The notes below the pieces were generated by a model. It was given only the letters and a program-made list of their open reading frames with translations. It did not search any database and had not been told where the DNA came from. Source: Eledone cirrhosa (Eukaryota). From it: a stretch of DNA of 64,000 nucleotides. The position numbers were made by a program, and so were the translations under genes. Of this stretch, positions 56,952 through 64,000 are shown one piece after another. Location of the stretch: the NCBI GenBank assembly GCA_964016885.1, contig OZ024742.1, positions 254,758,001 through 254,822,000 of the forward strand, written 5' to 3'. Position 1 is the stretch's first letter; each line of letters opens with the position of its first letter.

Positions 56952-57008
56952 CAGTATATAATAATTTAAATGCGTAAAAGGCATTGCGGCACCTTAGTAT
57001 TACTCTAC

Positions 57009-57114
57009 GCCTGATGACATAAGCCTAAGTCTTGAACAGCTGCTTAATGCATTCTGCACTGCCGTATAAAGTCAGCAGCTACTGTCACACCTAGAACTTG
57101 AAACCTCAAGTAGC
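57009..57114 (+). ncRNA. degenerate type I hammerhead with extended stem II, in a ~220-bp (TA)n-flanked island
   Basis: GC-CTGATGA-CATAAG..AGCTGCT/AGCAGCT..CTT-GAAA-CCTCAAG-TA-GC. Confidence 0.5.
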
Positions 57115-57589
57115 TCAATACAGATAGAGTGCCTTTTTTTTCCCTTCCCACGAAAATGTTCGCCAAACACACCCCCACACATATATAACAATAATAATAA
57201 TTGTTTCTACGTTAGGCACAAGGCCAGCAAATACCCAGTTTATTACTGGTACTTTATATAACAATAATAATAATGTATATATATATATATATAATTGGTG
57301 TTGGATGCTTAAAGCGTCCGTATACGGTAGGCCGTATGAGCACTCGATGCTCTCATAGAGTAGAGTATGATATCACATAAAAAAGAGAATCTGCTGGTCG
57401 CCAGAGAAACGATTGTAATATGTCCAATAAATTCCGTTCGTCGCAACACTGATTCTCTTTTTTTCTGTTAAATATATATATATTGTTATACTTTGGGAGG
57501 GTTATGTTGCCAATAAGAAACACACGCACCAGTTGCTTTCACTTCAATTTATTATAATAAATTTATAAATTTAGGAATTTATAAATTTC

Positions 57590-58386
57590 CGGTTGGTTGG
57601 TTGGTTCCACAACCAGATGATAGTTCATATATTGTCAAAGTTCTTTCGTCACACATTCTGTGACCTCTTCAGTGACTGGGGATTCTTTTCTTTGTTTTTC
57701 TGCCCCTCTTTTGTTCTGTCCTACGCCATCTTGTTTTTTTTTGTTTTGTGTGCTCAGTCTGCGCATGCGCCACATCCGGGTGTCTGTGTGTGTTTATATT
57801 CGTTTATTTATTTGTTTATTTACATGTTACTGGTTGGGTGTTTGTTCTATGTGCGTGTGTGTTTTCATTTTGTCCTTAATTGTAAGTTGTGATGTTGCTG
57901 TTCCACTCATGTTTAATATTTAATTTTGGTTGTAATTCTTTTATGTTTATTGCCTCTATGATTTGTCTAAACATTGCGTCTTTTCTGTGTGTAGATTCTA
58001 TTTTTATTTCTATGTTCTCTAATTCACCCTTATGTTCTATTTTAGCATGTTGGTAGAGTACAGATGATTCTTTACTATCTTGAAGGTCTCGCCAGTGTTC
58101 ATTTATCCGTTCCCTTACACTATGAGCTGTCTCACCTATGGACACTATATTTTTATCTCTACATTGTCTTTCAGTACATCTTATGCTATATACTACATTT
58201 CTAGTTTTACAGTTAATATGGGGGCTTAATTTACAGGTTATACATTTCTTATCTATACAGGGTTGAAAAGGGTATGTCTTGCTAATAAGTGTTTTTATGG
58301 AGGTACCTGGTCTTTCTACTATCTTAATATTGAGTTTATGTTTATCTAGGGCCCTTCTAAATTTGTAAGCTAATTCACCTCTAGGT
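57590..58386 (-). mobile_element. Penelope-like 3' fragment (GIY-YIG + pLTR)
   Basis: CIDKKCITC..CKTRNVVYSIRC..SIGETAHSVRERINEH..EAINIKELQPKLN; 5' end at (TA)n. Confidence 0.9.
57634..57676 (-). ncRNA. type I hammerhead ribozyme in pLTR
   Basis: GTCA-CTGAAGA-G-GTCACA-GAATG-TGTGAC-GAAA-GAAC-TT-TGAC. Confidence 0.8.
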
Positions 58387-58934
58387 ATATATATATATAT
58401 ATATATGGAGAGAGAGAGAGAAAGAGCGATTTCGAACTGAAAACTGCCAGTTATCATTTGTTTCAGTCCGATTTACAGTAAATCACATAGAACAGCAACA
58501 ACATATGTCTTAATATGTCACCTAATAGTATTAAGTATGTTATAATATGTTGAAAGCTGATTTAATGGCAAAATATCCGAACTATTTCGACAGTATTGAA
58601 AATATCAATGATAGGAGATATACGAAAATATCAAGTTGTATTGGTTTCTAAGTGACATCTCAGTACAGGGCTGTCAATTAACAGTCACCATCCCGTAATG
58701 ATTTAGCAGATAACGTGTTTGTTAATCCACATTTCTGTAGCATCATTTCTACTAGACAGTTCGCAGTGAAAATTTGTAGTATTAGAGTAAACACCTTAGG
58801 TTTTAATGTAATGCTGTCATTGTGCTGTTTTGTACTTTTAAAGAAAGCCTTGCTAATGAGATACAGGATCTTAAGAGTTAATAATCAATATATTAAATAA
58901 AACCGAATACGTGAGACAAAAATGTGTTTGTTGA

Positions 58935-59117
58935 AATAATTGTTTTTACGTTTGGAACAAGGCCAGCAATTATCCAGTGCATTACCGGTACTTTATTTTA
59001 TCGACCCCATAAGGATGAAAGGCAAAGTTAACCTCGGCGGGATTTGAACTCAGAATGGCAAGGGCCGTAACTCTATGTGTCAAAGCATGGCGTTCGACCC
59101 TCTACCATTAGTGCCAA
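58935..59117 (-). mobile_element. Nin-domain-type SINE (another copy at 61390-61585)
   Basis: TCGACCCCATAAGGATGAAAGGCAAAGTTAACCTCGGCGGGATTTGAACTC. Confidence 0.8.
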
Positions 59118-59489
59118 ATAATATTACTATATAAACTCATGTCAATGTTGCTCCCATGTAAAAGTCAAAACACCTTTTTACTCTAAAATTTAGATTATTT
59201 CCACCTATCAACTCTAGTTCTTCACAGACAACATTTGTGAGTAAAGATATTATCCTGAAAATAAAATGTCAGTATGAGGAAATAACATTTTTCTACGCTA
59301 TTATGTCAACAAATCGAAAAATATATGACTGCAAGGCTTTATTTATATGATTTGAATTCTAGTGTGAATTTCACTTCCTCTAAAGTAACAGGTAGTAGTC
59401 GAATCCATACATTTATGCTCAAATGTACTATATAATGTTTGACATTTCCTTGAATATATACGGTTCCCACTTTCCACCTAAAGAATTTT

Positions 59490-59662
59490 TCCTATTCCGC
59501 CCTATCCATGCCTCCAATCGTTCTATTACTTGTTTTGATACTCTGCTGAGAGATGCCAACATTGATAACCTCGATGAACTGAGAAATGTCATGCTCGACC
59601 GGGACGATTGGAGAAAGCGTGCTGTATCTTTGCGAGTGTAAACTCGGTCGAAGAAGAAGAAA
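59490..59662 (+). pseudogene. RTE LINE 3' end with (GAA)n tail
   Basis: TCFDTLLRDANIDNLDELRNVMLDRDDWRKR. Confidence 0.7.
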
Positions 59663-61317
59663 ACAAAGTGAGATCGAATCCAGAAGCAAATGATTACAAA
59701 GAAAACGTTATAACCATTCAACCATATTTTGTCGATGTGTATAATACTAAGTTAAGAGGAAATAAGTTTCATACTCAACCTTCAACACATGCTGAAACAA
59801 AATTAAGATGACTATAACACTTAGCAGAAATGTGTAAAAAAGAATAAAGGTTTGTTAATTCAAATATTTATATTATAGTTACTAAGGTTAATAGAACTTT
59901 TCCGAGAGGACAGACCATTGTGAAATTTTTCAGAATTTGACTTAAGACATTCATTTTTAATGTGATGCCATTACAGTGCTTTTTTGTACTTTTCAAGAAT
60001 GTCTTGCTAATGTGGTTTTATGTAGTTTGTTAATTTAAATATTTATAGTACCTATAAATCTCCTCACCCATTTTCTGTGAATTATGGGTAATCACAAAGA
60101 AGATGAAGAATAATATCAATATATCTAAAACCTCGTATATGAGAGTGTTGTATATTAAATTCTCCAGCCATGTGTCAAACATTGATTTATATAAAAAGGT
60201 CAGAACCATTAGTTCTCTTCCGATAGCTCAAGTTCCTGCTACTTCTAGAAAATGAACTCGTGTATAAAGATGTGACATGTGTCCTGCGAGATGATATGAA
60301 CAAGCAAGTACAATAAAATAGAAAATATTTAGAGTATATCCAGGAATTGCTAAACAACCGAGACTGCCTGTTAGAACCTCAGGATATCACCAGACTAGCC
60401 CAGAATTATACCAAGGAGAGGAAACTGGTACAAACTCTGAGTGATGTTTGTTCGTAGCTAGATCTTTATAAATATATGGAATATTTTTAACTAATGTTTT
60501 ATGGGATACACTTATAATGCTGTTTTGTAGTCTTAAATATGTTTTGCTGGGGCAGTTTCATGTTGTGTAGGATGTCAAGAGTTAAGAATGGGATCATCTG
60601 GAGATAATAGGAACCGAAATCGATACTTATATTTCCTAGATATGTGGAACGCTGTTAAGTGCCCCCTTTTCACCCCCTCTTTATAAATGGTTATCGTTTA
60701 AACAAATATCTATCGTATCTAGCGTGCATCTGTAAACAAATATATCAACACTCCAATGTTCCTTTCGTCAATTGAAATCTAATCCATCTTTTCAGTAGTC
60801 ACATGTGGTTTGTGTTTAGAAAGACGTTATAAGATAATCGAGAAGGTAATTTAGAATATATTATTATATGCTATCATAAACAAGACGATGTAATGTAAAA
60901 CATATATGCGTGTACTAAGAAATTAATGTTTGATATAAACTTAACATAGTAACATGATATCTAGAAAAGACAACTTAAAGAGTTATTGTTGTTGCCATAG
61001 AAATGGTCATATTTCATTCTTTTTTAAAATTCTTTTTAAAATTTATGATTGATATAAAATTCTTGAAAAATTGAAGCAATTATATCTCATGAGGGAAAAG
61101 CAAAGCAAAAGAAAGAAATGAAGACGAAATATAATGAAAAAATGTGATATGAATTCATGATAAATAACACATCCTATCAAAACAAAACATATATATTAAC
61201 CCATTTGTGACCGTATTACTACTAAAATACACTCTCTTTCAATTGATTATAGGAAGTAACTCCGCCTAAAAACTGCTTGGGCTGTGACGATCCGTCCCAT
61301 CCTTGCTATGAGATGCA

Positions 61318-61373
<56 letters not shown>

Positions 61374-61919
61374 ATATATTCTACAACAAAATAATTGTTT
61401 CTATTTTAGGCACAAGGCCAGCAATTACCCAGTACATTACTGGTACTTTATTTTATCGACCACGTAAGGATGAAAGGCAAAGTTAACCTCGGCGGGATTT
61501 GAACTCAGATCATAAAGGGACGTAACTCTATGCTTCAAAGCATGGTGTCCGACTCTCTACCGATACTGCCAATCCACCGCTTTATACAACAAAATAATAT
61601 TGTCAATCTTTGCAACTTAAGGTAACTTGTTTATTGTACCTTTTAATTGATTCACGTGAAGTAAACACTATATAAACCAAATCATTTATTCTTTATATTC
61701 TCGTTATTACACCTATTCTTATTGTTTTTGTTATTTCAACAATAACCATGTTATAATCATATCTAAATAACCACATATAACCATCTAACTTACCATATTT
61801 AACCCTTCGTTAAACGTATATATATATATATATACATACGTATATATATACATATATACGTATATATATACATACATATATACATGCACACATATGTATA
61901 TATATATATATATATATAT

Positions 61920-62157
61920 CACCTTGATCACCTTGACCGACCAGCATGTCGGGCGCCAATTGGCGCCGCTGGTCACAGCACATCGTGCAGTTTAGCCATA
62001 AGATAACGCCATCCAACTAGCTGGGCGGTCAGGCCGCTACTCATTTCTACATCTGAGTAAATTGGAGCAACGTGAAATAAAGTGTCTTGCTCAAGGAAAC
62101 AACACATCCTTTCGATTGCAAGCCCAATGCTCTAACCACTAAGCCATGCGCCTTCAT
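61920..62157 (-). mobile_element. tRNA-derived SINE, internally deleted
   Basis: TCTTGCTCAAGGAAACAACAC..TTGCAAGCCCAATGCTCTAACCACTAAGCCATGCGCCTTCA. Confidence 0.75.
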
Positions 62158-62190
62158 ATATATATATATATATAAGTTTTAATATAGATG

Positions 62191-62241
62191 AGATTCTACA
62201 GGACTAGAACTGTTTCATTCTTTAGAAATCATCAAGAATCT
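62191..62241 (-). ncRNA. type I hammerhead ribozyme (C3T, possibly decayed) in a (TA)n-flanked island 62175-62700
   Basis: AGATTC-TTGATGA-T-TTC-TAAA-GAA-T-GAAA-CAG..CTG-TA-GAATCT; related stub at 63738-63762. Confidence 0.72.
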
Positions 62242-62700
62242 GGCTATCCAAAAATAAATGTGGTATTTATAGGTCTTTTTAGGTGGTAGGAGAGGGAGGG
62301 AAGTGGGATGGGTAGAGGTCATTGGTTGAAAGAAAAGGGAATTCATTAAAGGCTAATCCTTTAAAGCTATAATTTATATTTAGAGTGACAAAGGCAGAAA
62401 GAATTCTATAAACAAGTTCAGAATGGGGTGCCACTCCTTATTTTTAAGTTTCTCTTAAGCTAACAATGCCTATATTTCAGGTGTCTATAAGATCGTTGGG
62501 GGTCGGTCATGGTTGATGGATTTAAAGAAAAGGGAAATTATTTAAAAGCTAATTCTTTAAAGTTCTACTTAGAGTGACAAATGTCAAGAGAATTCTATAG
62601 ACCAGTTCAATATATTGGGTGCCTATCATATCACTATCTTCAAGTTTCTATTAAGCTATATTCCAGGTGTCAACAGACACATTCACCCCCCCCCCCAACT

Positions 62701-62757
<57 letters not shown>

Positions 62758-62841
62758 TTATACATATATATATACACACATACATATACATATATATATA
62801 TACACATATACATATATATATATATATATACACACATATAT

Positions 62842-62874
<33 letters not shown>

Positions 62875-62875
<1 letters not shown>

Positions 62876-63163
62876 TTATTAAATTAACAGATTAAAGTTT
62901 AAGAAAAGAATCGCTGCTTTTACTCTTAACGGGATCTTCTGAAACTAACAAAGTCAATCTGTAAACGCAGGAAGACAGGAAGACGATACTTTGGTTCGTG
63001 GTAACGTTCCCTATGCAAATAAGTAATTTGCATAGGGAACGATTCTTTGCTTAAATTTAATCTGATATTTTAATAAATATTTGCTCTACGGTTCTTATAT
63101 ATTTGATATATATTTATCCTTATCGAACCCTCTTTGGATTTTAGTCTTCAAATTTATTATTAT

Positions 63164-63167
<4 letters not shown>
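62875..63167. mobile_element. CAGAAGA-HHR family element in foldback arrangement
   Basis: Inverted 5' part, central hairpin CGTTCCCTATGCAAAT/ATTTGCATAGGGAACG, direct 3' end as at 36600-36738. Confidence 0.75.
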
Positions 63168-63251
<84 letters not shown>

Positions 63252-63279
63252 ACACATATATACACATATACATATACAT

Positions 63280-63310
<31 letters not shown>

Positions 63311-63406
63311 CACATACACACACATACATACACACACACACATAAATATATACAAACACACACATATATATATATATACACATACACACATATATATATA
63401 TATACT

Positions 63407-63462
<56 letters not shown>

Positions 63463-63466
63463 TTCT

Positions 63467-63500
63467 CACCTGAGGAAGGGCTTATGCCCGAAACGTCGTC
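63467..63500 (+). ncRNA. minimal HHR in a ~130-bp solo pLTR-like island
   Basis: AC-CTGAGGA-A-GGGC-TTAT-GCCC-GAAA-CG-TC-GT followed by AATAAA and a T-rich tail. Confidence 0.68.
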
Positions 63501-63589
63501 CCCCACCTACACCCCACTCTCCAGAGCGTGAAATTAATAAACATTTGTTGTACTGCCTCTCTGTTTTGTCCCTGTTCAAATTTTTCCAT

Positions 63590-63625
<36 letters not shown>

Positions 63626-63781
63626 CATATAATGACTGACGAAGGACTATTTTTATCATATGTAACCCATGTGCAACCACGCAGTATTCTTTCTTCTCAT
63701 GTTTTTTTTATATATATACATATATATACATATATATAATGAAACAGTTCTAGTCATGTAAGTATTTCTCTCTCTCCCCCC

Positions 63782-63819
<38 letters not shown>

Positions 63820-64000
63820 GTGTGTATATATATATATGGGGGGGGGGGGGGTATATGTAAGTAAAAGAGTGTGTGTGCATGTACGTACGCAGCTATGAGC
63901 AAAAGTATGTTAATATAAGGGTGTATATATATTTATATATGTATATACATATATATACATATATGTATATATATCTCTACACATATATGTATATATATAT

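Noticed and set aside
57395-57425. GAAA-CGATTG-TA half-hammerhead
   Set aside because: No CUGANGA-like core or stem I partner found upstream
61196-61820. TTAACCC motifs as piggyBac ends, and TACGAGGG at 17682 as a mariner end
   Set aside because: No matching opposite terminus or transposase seen

Overview
AT-rich eukaryotic, repeat-saturated DNA with no recognisable host gene exon. The SINE/LINE repertoire and extreme (TA)n content suggest a mollusc, probably an octopod cephalopod (inference only). The window holds two 5'-truncated RTE LINEs plus several RTE relics. It also holds a near-complete Penelope-like element (PLE) with direct pLTRs (32.0-35.7 kb), a PLE with 600-bp inverted pLTRs (8.0-10.7 kb) and several PLE GIY-YIG fragments. 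Further elements are a degenerate full-length Ty3/Gypsy element (49.0-53.9 kb) facing a related LTR head-to-head, a CRE-like RLE fragment, two tandem R4/Dong-like RLE copies sitting in (CATA)n, and many tRNA-derived SINEs. A ~3 kb block is duplicated across a 200-N gap, probably as two haplotypes. The main discovery: many of the short non-coding islands between (TA)n runs can be hand-folded into type I hammerhead ribozymes (HHR). I count about 16 distinct sequence families and about 27 copies in 64 kb, including non-canonical cores (U3-A8, U4A, U4C, A13C). Two ORF-less families form head-to-tail arrays of 483-bp and ~430-bp monomers with one HHR each (retrozyme-like, predicted circular RNAs). 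Several others form foldback palindromes with an HHR on each strand. One HHR element is present in one duplicate copy and absent from the other (filled vs empty (TA)n site). All ribozyme calls are manual motif and pairing reads, not computed or tested.
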